Positions 50,501-63,200 of a stretch of DNA of 64,000 nt are shown here, piece after piece (positions within the stretch are counted from its first letter, which is position 1; the number at the start of each line of letters is the position of its first letter). A program made the position numbers and the translations under genes. The notes beneath the pieces were generated by a model, which saw only the letters and a program-made list of their open reading frames with translations, searched no databases and had not been told where the DNA came from. The stretch is from Leucoraja ocellata (Eukaryota), in the NCBI GenBank assembly GCA_036785375.1, contig JAWMAR010000013.1, positions 1,426,001 through 1,490,000 on the forward strand, given 5' to 3'.

Positions 50501-53500
50501 TAGAGCTCTTAGGGCGAGCGGAATCAAGGGGTATGGGGAGAAGGCAGGAACAGGGTACTGATTGTGGATGATCAACCATGATCACATTAAATGGCGGTGC
50601 TGGCTCGAAGGGCTGAATGGCCTACTCCTGCACCTATTGCCTAGGTATCTATGTACCGACAAGAAAGTAGAGACAAGGATACCAGGCCTTTTCTGGAGCT
50701 AAATCCATGAACATGGTGCATGGTCTCAACAATGATATTTGCTGTCCACACTTGGCCATTATCATATTGTTGTTTTTACAGGAGATTGCTGTATCAGTAG
50801 GACATTCATCCAAGGGTTAAGACTGCAACAGCAGCAGAGATGCTGTGTAATGGAAATCAGGTTATTGTGGATTTATCTAACCTTTAAACCTTTAAACTGT
50901 CATCACAAACTAAAATCACGCGTCACATCAGACAGAAATAGACTGTGACAAGTACTTCTGGGAATTGAAGCAGTTTACAATAGCACTGCAAAACATACAG
51001 ATGGAACACTGCCCTGCACTCTCGCCAGCATAACAGATGATCATATCTCCATAGCAAACTGGGATCCTTGTTCTGCAATGCAGTTTCTCAGCCTGGGAGA
51101 ACAGTGCAAATATTTCCTTTGTTCACTAAATGCCCACAGACGGGGGATTTCTGGAGACAAGCAGGGCTCACAATTCGGCCCCTTGTGGTTGCCAGGAGCG
51201 GAGAGAGGCAGTGTAACAATGTGCTGAGCAGCAGCAGGCAGGCAGCTCACAATTCCCACAGACAAACTCAACAATGACAACTGCCCAGCCTCCAGAGGTT
51301 AAAGCTCTGGCTCAAGGCTCAAAAGAGTTGGCAGCACAGTTGGAACCGGGGCAATGTGCATGTGGAAATTCTGGCCAAAGCTGGTTTCCTGGTATTAACT
51401 CTATTGATGCATCAGCTCGTGGTGCAAATGCATAAGTATTGAGGGGGGGGGGGGGGGGGGGGGTGGGGATAAAAAGACAGTGATTCACACCTGAACTAAA
51501 ATCACACGTCACATCCGACAAATACCAACTGAACTACCATGCATTTCTAGAACCGTCTTTTAATGGAGTGTGATTTAGAAAAGAAGGACAGTGTGTGTAA
51601 CGTCAAGAGTAAGCTCTAATTAAGTCTGCACATCCACTCAACTTCAGGATATTACAGCTGATGCACAACTTTGATATGTAGTCACAGCTAATCTGTGGGA
51701 AAACTGCCAGATAGCAAGCTCCCATAAACAACAATATGATAATGACTAAGTATTTGCCCCGAATTTCCACGTAGAAGCTAAAGATTCCACGTGGAACTGT
51801 GGCTTCAAAAGCCGTTTTCCTTGCAGCCGAGTGGAGGAAGCTGAGGGAGCCATGGGTAAAGTAGATAGTAGGAAACTTACTACTATAGCAATCTAAAACA
51901 AATTCCATTAGCACCATGCTTCAGTATGGACCTCTGTGATTAACTAGAATCACTTCCAACTAATTCCATAATTTTGCTCTCTCCCTTTATCCTTGCATTA
52001 TTTCTAAACTAATCCTATTGCTCATGTCTGCCCAGGCTTAAGTTCAACCTAAATTAATAGCTTGAGTTCGGCCTAAATTAATGCTTGCACATTCACTTCA
52101 CGCAGACTTGGATCAATCCCAACTAATCCAACTGTGGCACTGGAGCCTTGCTGTATTCCTAAACTAATCCCATTGCCCCGCTCTCTCTATAGAACCAGAT
52201 CAAATCCAAAATAATCCCACTACTTCCTTCGCCCTTGGCCCTGCATCAAAACTAAATTTACCTCTGCCCCACTGCCGCTCACAGGATCAGAACAATCATT
52301 AACTAATCCTAATTGTTCTGGTGGCCATGCAGCCATACATCGATGCACTACTAATTGCATTGGCCACCCTCACCTCCTGGCCTTCCATAAAAAAGCACAA
52401 GGAGGAGAGAAAATCAGGTAAAGGACATGTAAAATGGCAAAAGATTCCTTCTGACTTTCTTCACAATCTGAGAACACCCATCCTGCTTCCCAATGATCAA
52501 CCAACTTCAAAGGAAGCCCGAGCTTTCCCAGTGGAAATGCTGCTGCTGTAATTTGCTATACCTGTTAAAGCTTTGAATTAAATCCTTGACATCATCAGGA
52601 AGGATGACCCGATGCTCTCCCATGTCACGGTGGTTCCCAAGGATACATACTGGAATATGGTCAGGCACTTTGGGAAGTTCTTTCATGATATAACTGAAGG
52701 TCCTGCAGAAAGAAGGAAGCAATCATAAATACATCTTCTGCACTTTTGAGTACATAATTTTATTCAACTTTAGATGGAGTTTAGAGTAGGGGATACAGTG
52801 TTTGGGTATTAGTAGACCAAAGTAGAAAATATATTCAATATGAATGACATTAGACATTGATTCAATTGCAGATGGTACTGAACACTTTACAAACACCCAA
52901 GATAATGAAAAAAGCAAAAGAAAAACAAAAGGAGAAAATCACTGCCTGGTTTGGGAACAACTCCATCCAAAAACCGCAAGAAATTGCAGAATGTCACAGA
53001 TGTAGCCCAGATCATCACTCAAACCAACCTCTTTTTCATTGACTCCATCTACACTTCACGCTGCCTCGGCAAGGCCTTGAGCATAATCAAGGACCAGTCT
53101 CATCCTGGTCACTGTCTTCTCCCCTCTCCCAAGAGGCAAGAGGTACAAAAGTCTGAAAGTGCATACCTCCAGATACAGGGATAATTTCTACCCCAGCTGG
53201 CAGCAGGCAACTGAACTGTCCTCACATCAGCTAGAGTGCAGTCCTGACCCTCCATCTACCCCATTAGGGACATTTGAACTATCTTCAATTAGACTTTATC
53301 TTTCAGTAAATGTTGTATCCTTTAATTGTGCACTGTGGACATCTTGATTGCAATCATATATAGTCTTTTCTTTGACTGCATTGTATGCAAACAAATGCTT
53401 TTCACTGTACTTCGGTACATATGATAATAATCAACTAAACAATAAGCAAAGGTATGCACCAGTTGTCCCACTGAGCCAACAATAGAAAAGGAAAAACACT

Positions 53501-56500
53501 GAGTGCGAGGGGCATCCACAAGAGGGGCTCCGAGTTACCACCAGACACACGCAGAGCTCTATATCTTTGGGGCAATTCGGGAGGTGGGGATTTCCAAAAA
53601 TCAAAAATCTATCTAATTCACCTTAACATTAAACGTATTTACAATCTTCAAATCCCCTGCATTAACGTCCTGGGATCACCAGAGAACCGACCAGCTGCAA
53701 TGTAAGCGTCGCCAAAAGTGATCAGAAACCAAATATTTTGTGGCAACTGAGCTACTTCTCAACTCCCAAATGCTTCCACTACTTACGATGTACAAGTCAC
53801 TGTATTATTGCAGAGGGTGGTGAATCTCTGGAATTCTCCACCTCGAAGGGTTGTGGAGGCTAAGTCAATGGGAATATTTAATTAAGTAGATCATATTCTG
53901 TAGTATAAGAAAACCGAGAGGTATGGGGAACTGTGATGGAAGTAGAGATGAGAGTTGAATGGCAGGGACAGTTTGAGAGATCGAGTCGCCTCATTCCTGA
54001 AACCCAAGACCATTTTGGCCTGGATCACTAAACTGAAGAGCACCAACCATACCCCTGAACATTTAGGCCCTCTATAACTGAGGCACCAAGGTTGCAGTTG
54101 TGTACAAGATGTACCGCAGGAACTCACCAAACGTTGAACAGAAACTCCCAATAACAAGCAGACACTTCCACAGAGGTCATGGCCATCAAGTACATGGGGA
54201 CACTGCCATCTGCATCTTTTATTATTAATCACACACCATCCAGTGTTGGAACTATATCCCCACTCCTTCAACCCCACAGGTAAAATCCTGCCTCAGCATT
54301 GCAAGGTGATTATTTCCACAACAGTTCAAAGAGCAACCCATCTCTAAGGGCAATAAGGATGGTCTGGTCTGGCCATATACCACAGGGGAATCTGTAAAAG
54401 ACAGCTCGTCATAATCAATTCCCTTTTCATCACTCGCATTTTAAAACTACAACTTTGGTTTAAATTCTGGAAGTTAGTAGAGTCGGTGTTAGTGCAGAAA
54501 GTTTGCAGAATCACATACAATGGGGGCAATGTACTGAAATAGTCTTACCATTGCTTGGTGATGTCAAACATCATTATAACACCGTTACAGTTCTTGTAGA
54601 CATCAAGGAATTCTGCATCCAGAGCCATCTCTGCATCAGATTTCTAAAAGAATATGGAGGATAATTCTTTCTCATTAAAAGCAAACATTTTTGGCTGCAT
54701 GGAGATCCAAACTTGACCCAGAGCACAAAATAAACTGGTGGCCTTTCAGAGGTCTGGGAACAGTGTTTGGCACTGCACCTCACAAACGAACAGTGACAGC
54801 ACAGAAATAGATCCTTCAGCCCATCAAGTTATGATGTGGGAACCTTACAAAAAGGTGATGAATGGCATTAATCCTAGTTGAACTGCTGGGATGAGGTGTA
54901 GAGGGTGATGATTGAGAACAGGAGAAACAAACTTTGCATCTTGATCTCAAGTACTTAAACATGTAGAAGGAGTTAATAGTTAATTAATTAACACAGTAGT
55001 TGAAGGTGCAATACCTCCCCCGTCTCTGTTCACGACATCTCACCAAGAAAGAAATCTGACGATAGACAGAGTAACTCGGCAGGTCAGGCAGCATCTCTGG
55101 AGAAAAGGAATAATGTCACCTATTCCTTTTCTCCAGTCCGACCCAAATCGTCACCTATTCCTTTTCTCCAGAGATACTGCCTCACCGCTGAGTTACTCCA
55201 GCATTTTGTGTCTATCTTCGGTATAAATCATTATCTGCAGTTCCTTCCTACAAAGAAATCTGTAATGGGCCATCAGCATCTTGGAGAAGCAGAGATCAGC
55301 ACAGTGACTTGCCGCCATTATAAACATGACTTTCTACACTACAGACATATTCAGTCAAAGGTCGTGATATTCGAGAATGGGTTAGAGCTCATTTACCTTG
55401 CTTGAGTAAATAAAGGCAAATGTAAAACAGAGAACTCGCTTCCCACATGAACTGACATTTGGAGATGGCTAAAAATGTTATCGGACTATCTTAGATCATC
55501 CATACAGACCGATCAAAAAAATTCATTCTGTTGAGAAAGGTTTGTCAGGTCAGGTCTACCGCTTGAATTAAAAAGTTGAAATGAAGAACTTCCTGCCGTT
55601 TAATTTATTTTGCCTGTATTTTTTTTCCCTCCACAGAGGTTTATTGTAATTTATTTATGGTATCAGTTCCGGCCAAGCCTGTTTGTACAATTAATCATGG
55701 ATGATTGTTTACTGGAGGTGGAGCTAAACAGATCAACCTCGCCCAGGCTTCCGATGCTGCTCTATCTGCAGAATTTACTTAATGGCTTTATTGATGTTGG
55801 CGTAGCTATTTGGACAGTGACAGGATCTGGAGGCAAGTATTCCTGATGTTTTAAATATAAACAGCTGTTCCTTCTGTCCTTCTCTGAGCATGAGTAAAGC
55901 AGGGTGATCACACTGAAGCACCCCTCAACTAGCACTAGACCTGCACCCTGCTTTCAAATGATCTACAGATGCACTGTGGAAGCTTCTACTTCCAGTCTCA
56001 GCTCGAGCACGGTCCTTGATGGAACAGTATTTACGTTGAGACTGGGATTCAAAACTTCCTGAAGGGCAGCTGGAGATCATTTGAAAGCAGGATGCAGATT
56101 CAGTATTTTAGATACACAGGAATCATACTGGTTCAAGTGTGCTGAGTTCTGTCTATATCCCAACACTCCAAGCAAACACAGATCAAGTGTTATTTGTTCA
56201 GTGTGTTCATCATTGGGAAGGGTGCTTGAGGCTTGGAGACCCAATCTCCACACTAGTAACATAAAGGCAAATCACTATTAAAAACTCATTAAATGAAAAG
56301 GCAGCCATCTTATGTGAAGATAAACCAACTGCACAGCCGGAGACTGACATTATCAGCAGTAGTTATTAATTATTGAAGCTTTATGGACAGATGGTATACG
56401 GTGTCATCGTATCAATTTACGAACTTGGATCACTACAGTCATTAACTAAATTATTGTTTTTGAACTTCAGTTCTGATGCAATACAATGAACAGTTACCAG

Positions 56501-59500
56501 AACAGAACTGAAGTGTACAGGCATGCAAAGGATGCACATGACGCTTCAGAAATGCATGTGCACCTGGAACCCCAGCGACTAATATCTGTAAACTATGCAC
56601 TCATGGTAATTTAAGAACATTAGTAAAGAGTTACAATATAGCAGGGCAACTTACTATGTGAAGATTTTGCACTGTAGATGACATTACCTACAGCGACCTC
56701 CAAATGATAGCTGGTCGTATTCCCCGTTGTGGACTAAACAACCAGTCACACCTCCCATAGCAACTGCACTCTGTTCGGTAAAAGAGTGCAGTTGTGCAGA
56801 GCTTCACTTCCTAGGAACGGAACTACGGAGGAAAGATTGTAATGTGACCAACTACCTTCCCTACTATGTGCAGGAAGATTTGGGACTAAGTGCGATCCCT
56901 GTCCTGATGGGGAGTCTCGGCTCGAGACATCAACCATCCCTTTGCTTCCACAGATGTTGCTCGATCCACCAAATTCCTCCAGCAGCTGATTTTCTGTTCC
57001 AGATTCCAGCTTATGGAATGTGTTGTGTCCCTTGTGATTTTGAGATGTCATTCAAGTCCATTCTTAAGTCAGAGTCTAATTACATTTCTATACAATACTT
57101 GGAATTACTAATGTGTAAACAGCAATATTTTTTGCAGTTTGGGAAGTAGGGAGGCAGGACAAATTGAAGCTTAAGGGCTGGGAGGTAAAGAGCTGGGCTT
57201 TAGAGCTACCAATAGCTAAACAAATTGCAGCTTGATATGTTGACATGACCAACTCACATAAATGTAGCCAGATTATTATGTATTGCACGAGGGTGACAAG
57301 AAGTCGATGCAGAAACAACGGCTGCAAAACATTACAAAAAGCAACTCTACGACATACTACCCACAATCAATGTGGGTGTCAGACTCCAGTACAACGCCCA
57401 ATAAATCAAGTATTACCTCTTGTGGGTCATTCTCCAGTTTCAGGCCATCCCCTTTTCTCCGGCTTTTCCCTGAACAAAGGACAACAAGTGGTTCGTTAAT
57501 TGCAAATCCCGATTCCCTTCTAAGTAACCAAGCAAACTGTACACCACCCCAGTACCAATGGGGAGAGATGAATGATGAAGAAGAGGAACCACCTGGTAGC
57601 TTCCGTAAACAAAGCAACAATCACGGGTCTCCTTTTCCATCTATTCCAGTTTCTTTCCATTATATCCTTGCGTTAAATTACGTTGCATTTAATCCCCAAG
57701 TTTCCTGTTTTCTATAGGCCTGCAAGCCTCTGCGGAAAAAGTTGCCCCTCAGATTTCCTATTAAATCTTTCTCTCCTCACTATAAACAAATGCCCCCTCC
57801 TTTTCTCAAAGTTAGAGACAGTGGAAACTCAAATTAATCATCAATTGAGCAACGCTTACTGACTCACTCATCCAATTCCACAACTCCTGTGCTCAAGACT
57901 CTGAACAATCCCCAGACAAATGTTATTAAATATGGTCCCATTCCCTTTTCACTTAATCATAGAAAACTACTGCACAGAAACGGCCCCTTTCAGTCACATT
58001 GTCTAGATTGCTTACGTAAAACATACTTGTCCGCCTTATGATGGCAACCCTTAATCCTTTCCTATCCAAGTAACTGTCCAAAAACCTTTTAAACATTGTA
58101 ACTGTATTTGCCTCCACCATCTCTTCTGGTAGCTCCAGGTATTCACCATCCAATGTGAAAAACACACTCCTCAGATCTTTTATATTTCTCCCGTCACCTT
58201 ATACCCGAGCCCTTCAGTTGATAAAAAGATTCTGACTATCCACCCTATCTATGTCCCTCTTAATTTTACAAACCTTCCTAAGGTCTCCTCTCAACCTCCT
58301 ACATTCAGTGAGAACAAACCCAACTTGTCCTTAGAATTACAGCCCACCGTTCCAGACAACTTCCTGCTGAAGGCACAAGGAACTGCAGATGCTGGAATCT
58401 TGAGAATAATACAAAGTGCTGGATTAATTCAGAGGGTCAGGCAGCATCTGTGGAGGCAATGGATAGGCGACGTTTCTTTGGTCTGAAAAGGGTCCCGATC
58501 CAAGACATGGACTATCTATTCCTTCCACAGATGCTGCCTGATCCGCTGAGTTACTCCAAAACCCTGCAGTTTGCTCAACATCCTGCTGAATCTCTTCTGT
58601 CCTCTCTGTTATTACTACATCCTTCCTGCAATGTGACAAAGAGAACTGTACACAATATTCTAAGTGAAGTGTAGTCCACCCAATGTTTTGTATAACTGCA
58701 ACACGGAGCAGTGGAAGAGATACTTTGCCAAAGTCAGTATTCTACCTTACAAATTGGTTCCACCGTAGTTTTTGAAATAATTTAACTATATGGCCTTTAA
58801 GATCCTGCAGACAATGCAAAGGTTCTGCATTTTCATATAAGCAGGCAATTAGGCAAATTTCAGGAATTATAATTTAGTATTTCAATAGCAGAATTTGGCC
58901 ATGTCGGCCACAGATATGTTAGTTTAAATGATCAGTTGTAGGTGCTTAAATTACAAACATTGCCCGGACACCAAAGAGAATTCTCATTCTTTCACAGCCA
59001 ATTTATTAAAAGACTGTTCCACAGTCATTACGACCCATCTACAATAATGGCAATTCCACCAGGGCATCTTGAGAGTTTAATTGTAAGTAATTACTTCATT
59101 GAAGAACCTAGAATTAACCTTGCCGATTAAATGTTTGGATTGATGTAAAAACTCGTTTGCCTCTCTCATGTTTATTCATAATTGACCCCATTTGATAAGT
59201 AACCTTGGACAGTCAACAAACGCACGCCAAGCCAGCACTACCCAGTTCAGTGAAGCAATAAATACATAAAAAACTAGATTACATTCTATATTTCATGCAG
59301 CAAATTAAATTTAACGTTGCAAGTTTCTTGTCCATATGATACGGCACAGTGAAAGGAACAAGAAAGTGTTCCATTTGGTTATTGCACAGGAAAGTAACAA
59401 ATGAAATCAAGAGTTTGTGCCCGACTCAAAGCCATTTTCAGAGAGGTTTGCAAGGAAAGCTTAAGATGACAATTTAAAAAATATTCTTTAATATTTTTAT

Positions 59501-61515
59501 TTATAAGGAATAACAATCAATGGCTTCAGTATTATGTGAAACCAATCACAAACAGAGAAAACCTAATATAACCTGTCAGCATTGAACTTGCAAATGAAAA
59601 GAAATACTAAAGGACTGGACTGGAATGGAATACAAGTAGGTTCAACAAACAGGAACAGGAAACGGAATTGTGTGTCACGAGAATTAACCAGGGTGTGGGC
59701 ACCCAGGCAAGCAGCTGCCAGCAATCCACTAAGAAGTCTCCAAACAGTTTCCAGACACGACAGGCAAATCTCAAGCTTCAACAAATCACAAGAACTCAGA
59801 TTGCATAGTTACTATGACACTAAACCTGGGATTAAAGCAGTTTGCAGGAGTGCCAACAACCACATCATCCAATAGTTAGTCACAATGTTGAGTACTAGTG
59901 AATAAATGTCCAGTCAATGATAAGTGTTGCTGTGGAACTGAACTCGTTTTTGCTCATCTGTGGTATGGACAATCCATTACGGTTAATAGCAATTGAATAC
60001 AAACAGAGGCCATAGCCAAGTTGCATATCTGACCAGGGTCAGGTCTACACGGCTATTTATAAATCTGATAGGTTTTTTTTTTAAGTTTGTAACAGGTTAT
60101 TGAAAAAACTTTGAGCAAGCAATGATGGATAACACACAGTGTGGATTACAAATCCATGAACAGAAAACATTGCCTGGCCATTTTTGGGATGGGCGGCAGT
60201 GACCAGTGGAGTACTGCAGGAACTGGGACTCAGTGGTTCACAATCCATTTTGATTTCAAGGAGATGAAGTGGAATCCAAGATCAATCTTGTGCCTGTCCC
60301 GCAGTTATTCCAGCATTTTGTGCCTACCTGCAATCCAATCCAGCAAGGTGGATGACAGTGTCAGTTGTGAGGTAGAAAGAGAGGCTTCAGGACTCACAGA
60401 TGAATGTGGAAGAGAGGGACAGAATACAACGTGCAAGTCTGGGAGGTCACCAACTTTGGAACAAAAGAAGAGCAAGGTGAATTTTTAGAAAAAACTGGTG
60501 GAAGATTGAAAGATGCTGGCATTTCATGGGATTTAGGGGTCCTTGTATACAAATCACTGAAAGATCATGTGCCGGAACAGTAAGCAATTTAGAAAGCCAT
60601 AATTACAAGCCGATTTAAGTAAAGACATCTTCCTGCATCAGTGAAGAACATTGTTGAGACTGCATCTTGAAAGAGACACATTTGGTGTCGTATGAATGAT
60701 CCCTATTCAGAGGCAGTGTTGGAGGACCTGCTCCCTAACCCGAGTCAGTCCATGGTATTGCACTAATCTGAGTCAGTGTCGGTGAAACTGCTACCTAATC
60801 AGACAGTGTTGGCAGAATTGTGGCTGGTGTAGCTGAGTCAGGGTCTGTGGAATTCTATCCGAGTAATTTTCAGAACCATTATTCACCAAGAATAAGCATC
60901 TGTAGCAGCAGTTGATAAACTGGTGAAAGTAAAATGGAAAATGTGGTTACATAGAATTTGCTAGTCACTGCAACAACATGCATTTGGGACAGCGCAAAAC
61001 CAATCAAGTTCAACGATGCCTCACACTGGCAATCAAAATTAACCTCACAGCCAAAAGCACAAAGTCGTTGAAAGGCACCAACACTCACCCAACGTACCAG
61101 CGGAGGGAACTGCACCACCTGAACAGAATGAATTCAATGGACTGAATACCTTAAAATAAAATGAAAAACCTAACCAAATGCAGAAATAGCACCTTCACCT
61201 CAACTGTATCTAAATAAGCCAGTGAACTTTTCCTGACGTGGAATAATTGATAGGGAATTATGTAAAATGGAAAACACGGAGCATCAACAAGAAAGAGACA
61301 GCGCAGATAGATGGGGAGGAGGACTGAAGGTTGTCTAAAGTATAAGGCTGCAAGGGTAGGGTTGAGAAATAAAGCAGCGAATTGGCAGTGAACATTGGAA
61401 TTTTGGAGTGAGATGGCGACACGAGGCCAAAATAGCAAACTAGGTAGAGGTTAAAGAGAGCACTGACCTTTATCCACTATGTCCCAAACTTCCACCTTCA
61501 CAATGTCGTCAGTGG
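29312..61515 (-). CDS. RABL6: RABL6 (Rab-like protein 6 / RBEL1), coding exons 3-15; 5' exons outside the window
   Basis: Spliced translation follows vertebrate RABL6: [76 protein letters not shown], Lys-rich tail, GDYEEL*. All exons are in frame with GT-AG junctions. Confidence 0.96.
29627..30838 (-). mobile_element. CR1-clade LINE fragment (same family as 49223-50654)
   Basis: [36 protein letters not shown], and the same 3' tail. Confidence 0.92.
31665..31698 (-). ncRNA. Minimal type I hammerhead ribozyme-like motif in a Penelope-type terminal repeat (best-preserved copy)
   Basis: Minus strand reads GGU CUGAUGA A GGGUC UU GGCUC GAAA C GUC ACC: full CUGANGA and GAAA cores, helix II, GUC triplet, GGU/ACC helix I. 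Confidence 0.6.
31735..31995 (-). mobile_element. Ancient Deu-domain SINE-like fragment (similar pieces ~42280-42540, ~51600-51900)
   Basis: CAATCAAGTACTTTTGAAGTGTAGTC...GCAGCAATTTGC...GCAGATGGGCCTTG resembles AmnSINE1/SacSINE1. Confidence 0.45.
32213..32262 (-). CDS. RABL6: RABL6 exon ([16 protein letters not shown])
   Basis: 50 nt, caacag| acceptor, |gtgagc donor; phase fits both neighbours. Confidence 0.85.
32641..32818 (-). CDS. RABL6: RABL6 exon ([16 protein letters not shown]...LDIFGLG...ESTDE)
   Basis: 178 nt, tcggcag| acceptor, |gtgata donor. Confidence 0.9.
33477..33816 (-). CDS. RABL6: RABL6 exon ([12 protein letters not shown]...[35 protein letters not shown])
   Basis: 340 nt, tttccag| acceptor, |gtaagt donor. 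Confidence 0.9.
34225..34945 (-). mobile_element. CR1 LINE fragment
   Basis: [39 protein letters not shown]. Confidence 0.87.
35030..35206 (-). CDS. RABL6: RABL6 exon ([21 protein letters not shown]...[11 protein letters not shown]...PLK)
   Basis: 177 nt, ctgcag| acceptor, |gtcagt donor. Confidence 0.92.
38012..38159 (-). CDS. RABL6: RABL6 exon ([32 protein letters not shown]...GSD)
   Basis: 148 nt, atacag| acceptor, |gtagga donor. Confidence 0.9.
39463..39803 (-). CDS. RABL6: RABL6 Pro/Ser-rich exon ([34 protein letters not shown]...RSFMSRLFG...TQP)
   Basis: 341 nt, ttccag| acceptor, |gtaagg donor; ORF 39452..39880. Confidence 0.93.
41525..41770. repeat. Degenerate ~39 bp minisatellite (GGGTGTTGGAGATATACCCCAGTCATAGTC...)
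   Basis: About 6 units, with GTTGGAGATA / GTTGGTGAT recurring. Confidence 0.7.
41970..42184. mobile_element. Fold-back MITE, PIF/Harbinger-like (copy 2)
   Basis: Same TIRs, flanked by a TAA target-site duplication (41967-41969 and 42185-42187); core inverted relative to copy 1. Confidence 0.85.
42821..42924 (-). CDS. RABL6: RABL6 exon ([34 protein letters not shown])
   Basis: 104 nt, cttcag| acceptor, |gtaggt donor. Confidence 0.94.
44050..44380 (+). mobile_element. V-SINE, diverged (another at ~63212-63460 +)
   Basis: TGTGTAGAGTTTGCACATTTTCCCTGTGACCATGTGGGTT V-domain. Confidence 0.65.
45805..46300 (+). mobile_element. Penelope-like element 3' part
   Basis: [21 protein letters not shown]; ends CAGTCTGAAGAAGGGTCTTGACCCGAA...CTCCAGAGATGCTG...CAGTTCC. 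Confidence 0.8.
46320..47440 (-). mobile_element. Degenerate CR1 LINE fragment
   Basis: [26 protein letters not shown] in ORF 46912..47202; RT-like flanks. Confidence 0.75.
48035..48140 (-). CDS. RABL6: RABL6 exon ([35 protein letters not shown])
   Basis: 106 nt, cattag| acceptor, |gtaagc donor. Confidence 0.94.
49223..50654 (+). mobile_element. CR1-clade LINE (HER1-like), 5'-truncated ORF2 plus 3' end
   Basis: [40 protein letters not shown]; 3' tail GGCTGAATGGCCTACTCCTGCACCT. Confidence 0.93.
51950..52370. repeat. Degenerate tandem repeat (AAACTAATCCYATTG core)
   Basis: Core recurs about 10 times at roughly 40 bp spacing. Confidence 0.6.
52562..52702 (-). CDS. RABL6: RABL6 exon ([47 protein letters not shown])
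   Basis: 141 nt, ctgcag| acceptor, |gtatag donor. Confidence 0.94.
52938..53435 (+). mobile_element. Rex1/Babar-clade LINE 3' fragment
   Basis: ITAWFGN...[44 protein letters not shown]; related 3' tails at ~9560-9780, ~31090-31315, ~38240-38470, ~63540-63700. Confidence 0.8.
54549..54643 (-). CDS. RABL6: RABL6 exon ([32 protein letters not shown])
   Basis: 95 nt, cttttag| acceptor, |gtaaga donor. Confidence 0.93.
57417..57469 (-). CDS. RABL6: RABL6 exon ([17 protein letters not shown])
   Basis: 53 nt, ttgttcag| acceptor, |gtaata donor. Confidence 0.93.
57955..58700 (-). mobile_element. Degenerate CR1 LINE 3' fragment with nested Penelope-type fold-back repeat (~58372-58560)
   Basis: [22 protein letters not shown]; interrupted by a GGAACTGCAGATGCTGG...GAGTTACTCC repeat. 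Confidence 0.7.
61468..61515 (-). CDS. RABL6: RABL6 exon ([15 protein letters not shown])
   Basis: 48 nt, ttacag| acceptor, |gtcagt donor. Confidence 0.93.
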
Positions 61516-62179
61516 CTGTAATAACACAAATGTTTTATTTTTTCACTTGAATATAAACACTGAAAATTCAGTCATTTTGCAGCATTATTAGAGACACGAT
61601 TTAAGAATGGAGTCAAACAAATCAGGCAGGAAGGCACAGTGCAACAGACCACCCCCCCCCCCCCTCCCCCCCTCCCCCCCCCCCACCCCCCCCCGCCGCA
61701 CCAAAATATTGAAACACAACATCACGCACAAGGCATTTATTTAACAGCATAATCAATCAAAAAGTCTCAGATAACTAGTCAGTTTATAAAGGAATAAAGA
61801 AACGTGGAACTTATGGACCCCAGGAACTTGGATATGAACAGAGGAGCGAACCAGCACACAACACTACTAACAGCAGAACCTACATGCAGCAGGAGATTGG
61901 GATATGGACCGCCGTTAGTGAAGGATGCATTCGGCAGGTAAGCCAGCATCTGGGGAAAGTGAACTAGAGCTGTGAGTTCATGGCAGAATCACTTCATCAA
62001 AAAATGTGTTCTGCATCTGAAACATGAAGCTTGTTTCTCCTGCTACAGATGTTCTGTGACCTGCTGAATAGACCCACTATTGTCTGAATTTACATAATTG
62101 ACATTGATCGACGAGCTGGCTGAGCTCCGCAGGAATAGGCCAGGCTGGCTGAGTATCAGCCAATAAATCGACCATCAAT

Positions 62180-63200
62180 ATATGTCCATCGCATGTCAAT
62201 AACAGAGCTCCAACCTCAACAGGCTAATGATATTGGGCCTTCTAAAAAATATCCCAGGGCAATAGAAAGTACCAGAAATAGGAGAGAGAAACTGATCGCA
62301 GAGTATTCTGGCAGCAGATAACATAGCACTGGATCCTGGACCATAATGGGACAGAATAACTGGGTGCAAGACTATATGGGACAGACTACATCTAGATAAT
62401 AGAGACATGCTAAATAATACCAGGGGGCTAGTCAAACAAGAACAGGCCAACCAAACTCTAGACACCATGCAATAATGTGACTGGCTAACCAAATGCAGGC
62501 CTACAAAATCATAGAACAGTCTTAGAACCAGGACAACTATAACACAGTCTAACCAATTCCTGAACAATAACTGGTGCCAAACTAACATCAGATAACAGGT
62601 CAAGTTAATCAAAACCAGACCACCCAACAAACATAGGGTTATTGAACCAAGCCAAAGAGTCAAGGTACAATGGGACAGAACCAAATCCTGGTACTAGGCA
62701 CGAATTGGTCGGCCGGACAGAGCTGCAAGCAGCAAACAATGATGGGCTAGGTTACCTGCACCTAAAGCCATCTACTATACACTTGCAGGGCATTAACCGA
62801 GCTAGAGATGACACAATAGCAGCAACTAACTGAACCCAGCAAATCAGACCACAATGGGGGCAGGCCAACCAAATGCAGAGCCGCTGACAATAAATAAACA
62901 GGTAGGACAAAATCAACAGAAATGCAGATGCTTTTGAGGAAAGGTCTCCAACCTGAAATCTTGACTTGGTTTCTCTTCCAATAGATGTAGCTAGACCTGC
63001 TGAATATTTCCAACAAATTCTTTGAAATAAACAGGCAACCCTAGCTCCAGATTAACCAAACCCAGGGCAATAGCCAATTATCGATAGCTTAACCACGTTC
63101 CACATAGAGGTCTGGACAATCTGACAGTCAGCCAAGACACAAGACAATATCACAAGAGGCAAACCAAACCCTGGAAAATAGGCAATAACAACGTAGCACA
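62180..63200. repeat. Degenerate tandem repeat (AACCAAATNCAGG...AATA core), interrupted by a Penelope-type fragment at ~62920-63020
   Basis: Recurring AACCAAATGCAG / AACCAAACCCAGGGCAATA / AACCAATTCCTG units. Confidence 0.55.
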
